From the NCBI GenBank assembly GCA_965178125.1, contig OZ237769.1, positions 558,001 through 622,000 on the forward strand: DNA of 64,000 nucleotides. Direction: 5' to 3'. Each line of letters starts with the position of its first letter. Within the stretch, counting starts at the first letter, position 1. Under the pieces are notes generated by a model, which had not been told where the DNA came from, did no database searches, and saw only the letters and a list, made by a program, of their open reading frames with translations. Shown piece by piece: positions 24,750 to 35,650 of the stretch. Source of the stretch: Bilabrum cf. latius (Eukaryota). A program made the translations under genes and the position numbers.

Positions 24750-27700
24750 TTGGGCGAACAAACCGAATTGGATTTGCCTGTTTTTTTTAGTTGTGATCCG
24801 GAATCCGAGTATAGCCAGGTGGAGAATGTCAGACTGTGGCAAAAAGTGCTACAACCAGCAAACAACCAGATATCAATTCCGACGATGCTCCACATGGGTC
24901 AGCTATCTCAGAGAGCAGAGCCTGTGGTTGTCATCTCTGTGCAAGCGCTGGCTCGAGTCGGCAAAAGCGCCATGCACGCCGTGCAAAGGTCATTGGTGCG
25001 GTGGCTGGCGAAGTCAATCACGGGCACAGACGCCCATAATATCGCTTCAACACAGCTTAGCGACCAACCGCCATCTTCTGCTACCTGGTCATGCACCGGG
25101 CCCGGATCTGGCAAGCCTAACCCTGTGGCCTCCGATGCTGCTACTAGTAGTGGCCGTGACGGGCAAGCGAGCCCCGGCAGCTCGGATGCGTGCTTCATCC
25201 GGGCTCCTGCTGGCGCGTTTGGTCGTAAAACTCCACTTGTGATTGCGATTCTAGAATGCCAGGGCATGGGTGACAAGGACAAGGACGAGGAGGATGGCGG
25301 GTAGCACGCTGCCTCAGTGCGCATGCCAGCGGCTGCAATGGCTATGTGCACCGGTGGAGTGATCCTATCGAACCACCAGTGGTTGACCGCGCCACCGAAA
25401 ATTCTTCAATCCATCCACAGACTGTCGCAAGTGATGCCGATCGGCAGGGACGGGGCAGGTGCGGCATGCGACCACGATCGCGGTCAACCTGCGAGCGAGA
25501 AGCGGTAGGCATCTGATTCTGATTCCGAGTCCATGCTCCCCACACTTGTCATCGTGGGACAGAGCCCCGACCATGCTATGCACCCCGCCGACCACACCGG
25601 GTTGGGGGAGAGGGAGAGGCAGCTCATGGCAGACGAACCAGAAGAGGAGAGGGAGAGGCAGCTCATGGCAGACGAACCAGAAGAGGAGAGGGAGAGGCAG
25701 CTCATGGCAGACGAACCAGAAGAGGAGAGGGAGAGGCAGCTCATGGCAGACGAACCAGAAGAGGAGAGGGAGAGGCAGCTCATGGCAGTCGAACCAGAAG
25801 AGGAGAGGGAGAGGCAGCTCATGGCAGACGAACCAGAAGAGGAGAGGGAGAGGCAGCTCATGGCAGACGAACCAGAAGAGGAGAGGGAGAGGCAGCTCAT
25901 GGCAGACGAACCAGAAGAGGAGAGGGAGAGGCAGCTCATGGCAGACGAACCAGAAGAGGAGAGGGAGAGGCAGCTCATGGCAGACGAACCAGAAGAGGAG
26001 AGGGAGAGGCAGCTCATGGCAGACGAACCAGAAGAGGAGAGGGAGAGGCAGCTCATGGCAGACGAACCAGAAGAGGAGAGGGAGAGGCAGCTCATGGCAG
26101 TCGAACCAGAAGAGGCACCACCTGCGGGGTCTGACACGAGCCCTGACGAACTGGACGCGAGTAATGTTGCCAGGGGCAGGAATCAAGCCCGTGATGCAAT
26201 CCGGAGGTGCTTTCGGTCGGTGCACATTGCAGCCATCCCCGCGCCTAGAGAGGGGCCTGCCGACCCAGCCGATTCTGACCACAAGGACCCGTCAGCCGCC
26301 GCCCTCGATCCGATCCACGAGTCGTTTGAACGCAGCATTCTGCCGGTGCTGCAGGACGAGCGGCCCCGCCATGTGCTGGGCATGTAGGGGGTGGAGCTGA
26401 GCACGCTCTCCTTCATGCCCGTGATGCAGGCGATCATCGAGCAGGTACAGCGGGGTGGTGGGGAACTGCGGCCCACTGACGTCATGGATCGGATCAAGGA
26501 AGCGACCCGAGACAGCGTCTCGCTCCATCTTGCCACCGCCGTGTCGCAAGCGGCGTGGTCCACAATCTCGAGTGCGGACCTGGATGCAGCGGCGGGTCGC
26601 CCGATCGCCATCTCGGCCGTGAACTCGCTGAAAGAACACCTGGAATCAGCTGCGCTGCCTCTACTGCGGCGAGTGTACCGCGGTGCCATGCGGGAAGACG
26701 CCACCTCCGTGGTGTGCACTGAAGGCGGTCCCGTATCTCGGGCTCTGGGCAGCCTGCGGGCGGCTCTGATCCGATCCTGCGACCGGGCCGAGGCAGAGTC
26801 TCGGGACAAGGTGCGGCGGGCCCTCGCGGTGCAGTCCACCGAGGCGCGGTTCGCGCAAATGCGGGGGCTGGAGGAGGGGCTGACCGATGCACTGAGGGCG
26901 GGTGCGGAGCGGATGAAGGCGCTGCATGATGCGGATCGAGATCGAGATCGAGATCGGGGCACGGGCGCTGACGGCGATACGGTTCATGTTCCAACGCGGG
27001 ACTCTATCGAGAGCGAAATACGCCATCTGCAAGCCAGTCTGACCGAGTATGAGGCCCTGCAGCGCGAGGCCGAGGCACAAGGACCGGATCCGGGCGCCAG
27101 GCTCCGTGCAACACTGGCCGATCTGTGGGCCGGTGAGCTCAAGGAGGGGGCAGCGGCGCTGGCAGGACCTGGGGGGCTGGCGCAGGTGCAGGAAAGCGCC
27201 ACGAGACAGCTGATGCATGCAACAGGTGTACGTATGGTGGACACATCTACAATTATTTCTTCTGAATCCGGTGAAACCGGTGAAGTTGAGGAGGCTTCAG
27301 GTGGGGCCGATGGCGGGGCCGAATCAGGCGCAGGCCATGCTGAACCCAACGGGTGTGACGATGAACTGCCCCAAGGAATCGCATCCAGGCTCTCGCTAGC
27401 ATGCCAAGTGCTGCTTTCGTCTGGTCTGGGTCCGAAATCGCCGCATGGAGCCGCTGGGCTGCCCGACGACGGAGCGTGCGCTCGATTGGCTGCATCCATC
27501 ACCGACACCAAGGACGTGGAGGAATCCGCTGAATCCGTCCGGAAAGATGTTCGTCGGTTCTAGCTGCGCATACAGTCGTTCATTGGTTCGACGCAAAGAA
27601 GTATCAAGAAGCACCAGGAGTACTTGCTCGAGCAGGAGCACTTGCTTGATGCAGAGGCCAAGGCCTATGCAATGGAAAGAGCCATTGCAAAGCGCAAAAA

Positions 27701-27848
27701 GGTGGAGCAAGAAGCCAAAAGACAGCAAGAGGTGAGAGAGCAAGAACGGCGGCGCATGCAACGCGAACTTTCCATCCTGCAGGCAAGGGTGCACGAGGTG
27801 TCTATGCGTGGCAAGGGTCACAAGGAGAGGAAGTGCGTGGTGAGCTAA
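24750..27848 (+). CDS. Divergent guanylate-binding protein (GBP/atlastin-like) with coiled-coil tail and CaaX box; 4 in-frame TAG; start uncertain
   Basis: EPVVVISVQALARVGKS (G1-like) and IAILECQGMGD (G3-like), E/K/R-rich helical tail, KERKCVVS then TAA at 27846-27848. TAG at 25302, 25506, 26385 and 27561 link five track ORFs in frame. Confidence 0.68.
25608..26114 (+). repeat. Coding 39-bp tandem repeat x13 (ERERQLMADEPEE)
   Basis: 507 bp = 13 x 39. Units are identical except GAC>GTC in units 5 and 13. Confidence 0.97.
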
Positions 27849-27966
27849 GAGCTGTGACATGATACTGTTCAATTTTGTCGACTGCTTTTCTTGCGCGCAC
27901 CATTGCTTGGCACCATCGCTTGAGTCGTGTTCCTCAAAGTGCCGCCCAGGCCGACCAAACACTCAA

Positions 27967-30900
27967 TCACTCCCTCGGAGGCCGCACCAGCGCCGCCCGC
28001 ACAGCCGACACGAACCGATGCCCCTGCGCCGCCCACGCCACGCCCAGCCGGCCATCCACCCGCACCGTCACGGGAGCTACCACCTAGTCCGTGGGCGCCC
28101 CGCCCGGACCCCGCACCCTGCGCGGCGCCCCCAGCACCGCCACCAGCGGAACCATGCCCTCCAGCCACGCCGCGCACAGACCGTCCGACCCCTCCGCGGC
28201 ACTCGTCACACCCGACGACCGCGCGTCCACCACCGCTGCCGATCCGAGCCCCAGTCGAACAAAGGCGCCACCCTTGCCCCCCTTCTTCCTGAGCTGCTCG
28301 CCCACCGCCCCCCTCGCCTCCACCGCAGCCCCCTGGGCCCCCATGCCCTTCTCCAGCCCCCGCCGCAAAACACCCTCGGCGCCCTCGGGCACCAGCGCCC
28401 GCATGCGCCCCTCCACTGTTCCCCAGCCCTGGGTCTCCGCCTAAGCCGAAAGAGCAGACAGCAGCGCCGGACCACTGCCCGCCTCCCAGGGCAGCCCGCT
28501 GTTCCCCAGCCCGCAGTCACCCAGGGGAAGGGCCTCCACCGGTGGACGCCCCGACCCCCGGATCCCCCTGGCTTCCTCCCCCGCGCGGGGACACGTCACC
28601 AGCCCCACGGCGGGGTCATGCACCGCCACGAGGGGCCCCCAGGGTGCGTCCGCCGCCGGGGCCGCACAGAGCCCGGGGGCTGCCTTGAGTCCTGCCGCCA
28701 CGGCGCGGGCCACCAGCACAGCCAGCGACGCGTGCGGGGCGTGGGCACCTGCAGTCCCATCCCCTGCCCGCGTGCCGGTGTTCATCTGCCTGGCCGCCTG
28801 GATTGCGGGCCCCACCTCCAGCTCGACCTGGAGAACAACGGGGGCGGGAGCAGAGAGCAGAGAGGTCCCCGCACCACCCAGGCCAACCGGCGGTGTGACG
28901 AGTGCACCCCTCAGCGCAGAGGCAGCCTAGAGGAAGGCCACATCCGCCTGGCACACCCCCGATGCCACGAGCGGGCTCGCCAAGGACACCCCCCTGCCCA
29001 CCACGAGGCTTGCCGCCCCTCCTGCTGCTGCTCCTGCACTGCTGCTGCTGCTGGTCCCTGCTCTCTTCTTCCCCTTGGCCGCTTTGGCCATCTCGGGCCC
29101 CATGATCCGGCCGGCCTCTCTGACCAGCATGACCCCCACCGAGAGAACAACCAGCGCCTCCATCCACCCAGACGGGCCCAGGGCAGGCGCGAGGCCAACC
29201 AATGCTGCGAGCCACGGGGCCGCAGTGGAAGGAACGACTGGCTCGATGGATTCATCCGCAGCACCGTGCAATGCACCCATGGCCGTACCACCGTCCAGCG
29301 CTCCTGCCAGCAACTCACCCGGGACTCGAGCGACTCCCGACACGAGCACGAGGGCAAGGAAAATGACACCGGCGGCCAAGCTGACTCCAAGCATGGCCAT
29401 GCTGGACGGACCCAGCGGTTTCTCGTCACCCCCCGATCCACCGGTGGATTGCTACCCATGCCCCTCCCCGGTCGGGTAGCTCTCGGGGCCCTCCCGCCTT
29501 AGCGGAGCGACGGACGCGCCACCAACGGCATATGTGCCCGCGCCCAGTACCGCGCCTGAACCCCCGGCTGGTGCCGCCTTGCTGCCGCTCCCGCCCGACG
29601 TGCCCACAGCCGAGTCAGCCGATTGCCCGCCCTAGGCAGATCCGGATCCAGAGGCCTTGGCCATGCCAGGGGCGGTGGGAGCGGGCGGCTACTGCGGGGC
29701 GTCAACCGCCGACCACAGCTCCTCTGCACCATCGTGCGCTGCACCCGAACTCCCAGCTCCACGCTTGGTCTGGCCTTTCGCCTCTCCCTCTTTTTCTACC
29801 CCATCGCCGTGTTCCCCGCCCATATCAGCGCCCGCCCCAGAGGCAGGGCCCCCCTGCTCTTTGTCCACCCTGGCCCTCTGTTCCCTGGCTTCCTCCTCGG
29901 CCTCATGCACCGTCCCTGGTGGGCTCCTCGCCTCAAACCGCTCCACGGCCTCCCTGTTGGCCCCTGTCTTGTTCCAGAGCAGTCCGTGCGGGCCCCGGGG
30001 CACCCCGTTGGGCAGCACCAGCTTCTGGATGGTCCTCGTCATAGAGCTTACCAGCTTGCCCTGGGCTGCCATGACCGTCCCCACCACCCACTGGGGAACA
30101 GAGCCCCCGGGGGTCATACGCACCAGGTAGGTCGCCCTGCAGCGGGGCGCACCCGGGCCCGGCAGCGGCTTGACGATCCAGCCCCCTATTTTGAGAGAGG
30201 CCCTGGACACTCCGCTGGCCGGAGGGATGGCGTCTCTCCACTTGGGGGGCGCGTCTGTGGAGGCGATGACGAGTGTGCCCCTGTCCGGTCCTTCGCTCAG
30301 GATGCGGTAGGTGGTCATCGTCACCATGTCGCGGTCCGCTGTGACGAGTGTCCCGTTGAAGGTGCGGTGCTGGATCGTCACGTGGTCCGCCGCAGCGACC
30401 TCCTCCACTGGCTCCTCCCCCTTCATCTGCGGGTCCAAGGCCATCCTCAGCTGCACATCCCTGAGGACCTGCAGGATCGCAGACTGGGGGTACTCCACGA
30501 TGCCGGTGCCCTTGGCCCCCGGGATGCCGTCCGCAGAGGAGGACAAGGTGACACCGCTGTCCGTCCCGTTGGACACCCAGTGGCCCTCGGGGGCCCCGTC
30601 TTGTTCCCTGGCAAGCGCCAGCATCTGCTGGATGGAGTCCTCCGAGTGACGAGCCACGGCTGGGTCGGCAGGCAAGGCGAACGGGCCAGGGTACACGGGC
30701 AGGAGGCGGGAGTAGTCGGCAGCTGCGGCTGCATTTGAGTCGCGCTCGGCTGACGCTGCCCCTGCTGCCGTGGCGGTCGCGGGGTCCGACTCGGAGTCGA
30801 CCGCTGAGGCAGATTTTCCATCCGCAGCCCCTGCCCCTGCCCCTGCCGCAGTTTCTGCCGCAGTCTCCTTGCCCTATGTCTCCACACCCACGCCCGCCCC

Positions 30901-32537
30901 CACCTCCTCCTCCCTCTCTCCTCCCTGCTCTGCTCCCTCCCCTTGCCCCTGTTCCACCCCCTGCTCCTCCTTGATGGCCACCCCCGGGAACGCTTGTCTG
31001 TACCTGCTCAGTGCGTGTTCCCTGACCATCCGATCCGCCTCCTTGTTCCCCAGCATCCGGCCCAGCCGTTTCTCGACCTGCGTGGGCGCCCGCTGCTCCT
31101 CCTTGTTCCCCAGCGCAGAGGCCGCCTGCACCCACAGTTTCCACTGGGAGCAGTCCTCCTGGGTGGGCGCCACCAGCCTGACCTTGGTCTTCTTGCCCTT
31201 GTTCCTCAGCCCCCTCAGCTCGAAGGGGAAGAAGGAATCGGGCCTCTTGGTCCTCTCCTTCTTGCCGAACTCGGGGGGCAGGTCCACCACCGCAGTCTCT
31301 CCCCTCACGATCTGCAGCACGCCGCGGGGAGTGCTCTGGTCCTTCTAATCGTAGTAGTACGCGATCTCCCACTTACCAGCGGCAGACTCGGTGCTGGCCT
31401 CCCCAGCCTTGCGACCGCCGCTCCGCCCCGCAGCGGCCTGCTGCCGCATGACGAAGAACCGGGGGTTGAACCCAGACAGAATGTCGCGCTCCTTCAGCAA
31501 AAACTGCTGCGGGGGTGAGACGGGCCGCAGGTACCGCCGGCGGTAAGTAGCGTGCCATTCCCGAAACGAAGGCCGTGCCCCTGGCCCGCTGCCACTGCCG
31601 CTGCCGGCGCCTGTGCCCCCATGCCCCTGGCCATGTGACGACTGCGACGGCGAGGGGGAGCCGGCCCCATGGCCCATCTCCGGGTCTGTCGAGCCGGACG
31701 CGGTTCCGCTGTCGTCCGCGGCGCCGCGGTCCGGCACCAGCCTGGGCTCCTTGCCAGCGGTGGCTGGGGAGGACGAGGACGAGGACGAGGAAGGGAGGTG
31801 CTGCCCGTCGCCGATCGGGAGGGATTTGGCGGCGGAAAACGAGCCTCTAGGGGATGCCACAGATAGCCCGAACGCGCCCGCCGCCCTGCTGAAGCCTCCG
31901 TCCGTCGAGGAGGCCTCGGAGGGAGCGGCGCTGCGGCCGCTGCGGCGAAGGCGGCTGTCGCGAGGCGCGTCGGAGCGCGGGCTGGCGGCTGCACTCCCGC
32001 GGCGATCAGGAGATGCGCTTGCAGGTTGCATGATTGGAGTGGAATACGTATTGCTCGATGCAGACGGCGTTGAGGGGGATCCCGAAGCAACGGCGGCGTC
32101 TGCGCCAAGGTCCACTCCCAGGCCTTCCAGCACCTGCCTGGCTTTACGCTCGTATCGAGTAAACGCCTCTTCTCTGGACATCCCTTGGAAGCCTCGCCAT
32201 GCGGCCCACGCCTTCTCCTTTTGCGGCTCTGCGGGAAGAGGAGCAAAGCGTGAGTGATGGGCAGGCAGACGGTCGCAGCCGCTCCCTGTCGCTGACCGTT
32301 CTGTACTGGCTGCATGCTTGCTGGGTGCCACAGACTAGTAGCACGCACACACATGATATGGTTGGGGCTCTCACCGGGCGGCTTTTCGATCTCGTTATCC
32401 CCACTTGACCACTGCTTCCAGAGACCATACAGAGTTAGATTCTCTGCTTCGGGCACGTCACGCCTGTGCTGCGCCAACGCTTTCGTGATTTGATTCGAGC
32501 TACGCTTCCATTCTGATAACTTTGCCTCGTCAGCCAT
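27967..32537 (-). CDS. ACBP-PH-START-TM-(2-oxoacid dehydrogenase E2-like) multidomain lipid-binding protein (about 1474 aa); intron 32229-32374; 8 in-frame TAG
   Basis: ACBP: LTLYGLWKQ...KAWAAW...MSREEA. PH: FNPRFFVM...AYYYD*KDQSTPRG...EDCSQWKLW. START: RMALDP...TADRDMV...VRMTPGGSVPQWV. Hydrophobic segment, then VLQVELEV...LVARAVAAGLKAAPGL...VTVRVDGRL. TAG at 31345, 30874, 29689, 29632, 29452, 28927, 28441 and 28084. TGA stop. Confidence 0.82.
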
Positions 32538-32703
32538 TCTGGCAGGCTATGCAAGATAGTGCAGTGCTATTGCCGCAAAGCGTGCGGATCGCGTTTCCTT
32601 TGGTGGCGCGCAGCGGGTGACGAGTGCTGCGATGGAACCACACCCGCCACCTTGTCATGAGGGCTACTTTCACTTCGGAATATATTTTATCCTCTTGTCT
32701 CGA

Positions 32704-34056
32704 TCAGGACATCACTCCCTAGCCCCCGCCGCTCCTCCCTCCCCCGCTCCTCGTGCTGCTTCCACCTCCCCCACCCCCTCCCCCGCCAGTGCCCCCGCGC
32801 CTCCTGCGGCCGTGCACCTCAACGCTCGTGTCCTCGCCAATCACGATGCGGGTCACACTCGCGCCTCCTCCCGACCGACCTGCGGAACTGGCGCCGCGCC
32901 GTGACCCGGACCCGGTCGAGGCGGACCCTGCCCCCGACCGTAACCCATGACTACGCACGCTCGGGCTGCCTGACGCACTCGTCACACCTCCCAAGCCCAA
33001 GCCACCGTCCCCGTTGCCGCCGCCTCCCGAACCAGATCCGACCGCACCAGCGCTCCCTGCCTGCGCCCACTCGTCATACCCCTGCCCCGCCTCGGCCCCA
33101 TCGACCTACCCCTCCCCGGGGTAGCCCCCCCCTTGCCCGTACTCGCCATACCCCTAGCCCCCCATCACCGCCTCTTGTTCCCTGGCCGCCATGACAAGCG
33201 CCTCCCGCAGCAGGGTCGCCTCCTCCCTGGCCTCCTCCGCGCGGCGCCGCTCCTTGTCCACGTCCTGTTCCGCAGCGGCGCGGGCTGCGGCCGCGTGCCT
33301 CCATCTGCTGGACGCGTCCTCCAGCTGTCTCTCCATGCGGCGCACGGCCATGGCGCTCGCCCTTGCTTGTTCCCTGAGCGCCTGCTCCGTGGCCCTGCTG
33401 GCCCCATCGGCGAGCATCACGGCGTCGAGGACTCGCCAGGCGCGGAGCAGGGCCAGGGCGGCGGCGGTCGAGGGACCTAGGGCCAGCGGGGCCGCATGTT
33501 CCGGTGGAAATTCAACCATGGACGCAATCGCAGTGAGCATGTCCTTCCGCATGACGAGCAGCGCAAACACGAGCAGCCCGTCGAGCAGGCAGATCGGCGA
33601 GGGCTGGCCATTGGAGGCGACCGAGAGAGCCTCGAGCACGGCGACAAGGCCGGATACCAAGAGTATGGGGAGCAAGAGCTTTTCGCTAAGCCACACATAC
33701 GAGCCGTTCTGTGATAGGCACCCTACAGCGACCAAGCAGTGGGCCCAGGCGAGCACCAGCCCAACCATTCGAACGGGGCGGCTCGCCAGCCAGCTGCCAA
33801 GCCTTTCCATCGTGCTTTCCTTGTCTGCATCGCCGCGAACAGATTCCTATGATGATTCAGTTATTCTGAGTTTTCCTTCTTTCACTTTCCCGGACGACTT
33901 CCCAGAGTTGCCCGTTTCGCTGCTCGCCTCTGCGAGCGACGCCGCCAGCTTTGCCTCGGCAGCTTCGGCCGAGTCGCGCAAATTGGCCTCTCGTTCCTAC
34001 GCGCTTTTCTGAGCGACCTAACGTTTCCGAACTGCCGCGGCAGTATTCACATCCAT
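32704..34056 (-). CDS. 4-TM voltage-sensor-like (Hv1/TMEM266-like) protein with coiled coil (450 aa); 6 in-frame TAG
   Basis: Four hydrophobic segments, S3-like CLLDGLLV, S4-like LALLRAWRVL, followed by a heptad coiled coil. TAG at 34018, 33997, 33847, 33154, 33106 and 32719. TGA at 32704-32706. Confidence 0.62.
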
Positions 34057-34151
34057 GCCGCGGTGGCGATATATTGTGGGCAACGCTCCGCAGGGTTTTT
34101 TAAGTCCGAGGAACGTTCGATTCAGTCCAAAACGATTCCCCGCGTTCTGTT

Positions 34152-35522
34152 TCACGGCAAGCCTTCGGGGCCATCTGAGTCGCTGTCACCCTCGTCGGCG
34201 GCAGCCGCAGCTCCGCCTCCGTCATCCGCCCATGCCACCCTACGGCCCACTGAGCTGCCCCTGCTGGCACCGGCACCAGCACCAGCACTGCCACTTGAGC
34301 GCGAGCCCTCCCCAAGCACACCAGGGGGTCCCAGTCCCATCCCCTTTTCCATCGCGCCCAGACCCCCCTCCAAAAGATCTCCGAACCCGCCCCCGCCCCC
34401 GCCCGGGGGCCCCTCCCCCTCCCCCTCCGCCTCCCGCACCTCTTGGTCCAGCTCCCCCTCGCTCTCGGAGAAACTCGCGTCCGAGTCATCGGGCCCGCAC
34501 AGCCCCAGCGGAAGAAGCTGCGCAGGGTCTCTCGTGCGACGGGGACCGGACATTCCAGCCAGCCCGGCTCCACCCCCTCCGCCCTTCCCCCCCCACTCCC
34601 CCGATGGATCAGACAGCCCCCCCGCAGCGGCCTGGAGGGACCTGAGCGCCTCCTCCGCCTTGTTCCGGTCTCTGGCGGCCACTGACAGCACGGCCCGCGC
34701 CTCCTTCTGCTTTTTCTTATCTTGCCTCGCCTGCTCCTCCTCGTCCTGCAGCCCCAGCGCCTTCTGCATGCTCCTTGCCCCCTCGGCCAGCTCCTTCTGC
34801 CTGCCCTTCTCGAGGCCCAGGATCCGAGACCGAACCTCTGAGATGGTGACCCGCAACTCGTAAATGCCGCCCTTCTTGCCCATGGTATTGCGGCGGGACT
34901 GCATCCCGCGCCAGAACTGCGCCCCGCCCAACCCGATTTGCATGTCAAGCTGGAGGTCGATGATCGGGCCTGCCGCGGCGGGGTACTCGAGCAAGAAGAG
35001 CTCAAAGCGCTCCCGGGATATGAACTCCTGCTCCTCGGCGTGCATCTCGCGGAGAAGTTTCTACAGGGCTGCCACGACCCGGTCGATCCCGTCGATGCGC
35101 CCCTGTCCCTTTTCGTCCTGGAACATGTCCTCGATGACCTGCCGGAGCTCCTGCTTTGACAGCTCCCCCGACTGGTCGTTGTCGTACAGCTCGAATGCGA
35201 ACATATTGATCGAAGCCGAGTCTAGTGTGTTGAAATTCCACACTGCCGCCACGAATTCCCCAAAGTCCATCGAGCCGTCGGAGTCCTCGTCGAACACGGT
35301 CATAACGCGGCGCAGAAACGGAGACGACTTGGTGTCCACAAAATCCACGAACTCGTCGTACGACAGCTATCCAGATCTATCAGTATCAATTTTCTAAAAT
35401 ATGTCAAACAGAACTCGGGTCTCTCCTTCCGTGAGACTAAGCACCGAAAGGAGAGGCGCCCAACGGTACCTGGCAGACTTGAACTCGCTACTGTTTGCTG
35501 TGCTGCTCGCTCCTGCCCCCAT
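34152..35522 (-). CDS. N-myristoylated calcineurin-B-like EF-hand protein with C-terminal extension (456 aa); 3 in-frame TAG
   Basis: Starts MGAGASS. EF loops IF*KIDTDRSG*LSYDEF, FDEDSDGSMDFGEF and YDNDQSGELSKQEL. TAG at 35394, 35367 and 35061. TGA stop. Confidence 0.88.
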
Positions 35523-35650
35523 CGGATTGTAGGATCGTAATGGTTTCTATCGGTCTTCAAGAACCAGTCATCATTATCCGTGTTAGTCTATCAAGCGGGT
35601 GCAAGGCTCAGGAAGCAAGCACTAGCATGGTGTATCAGCTCCGAATCCCT

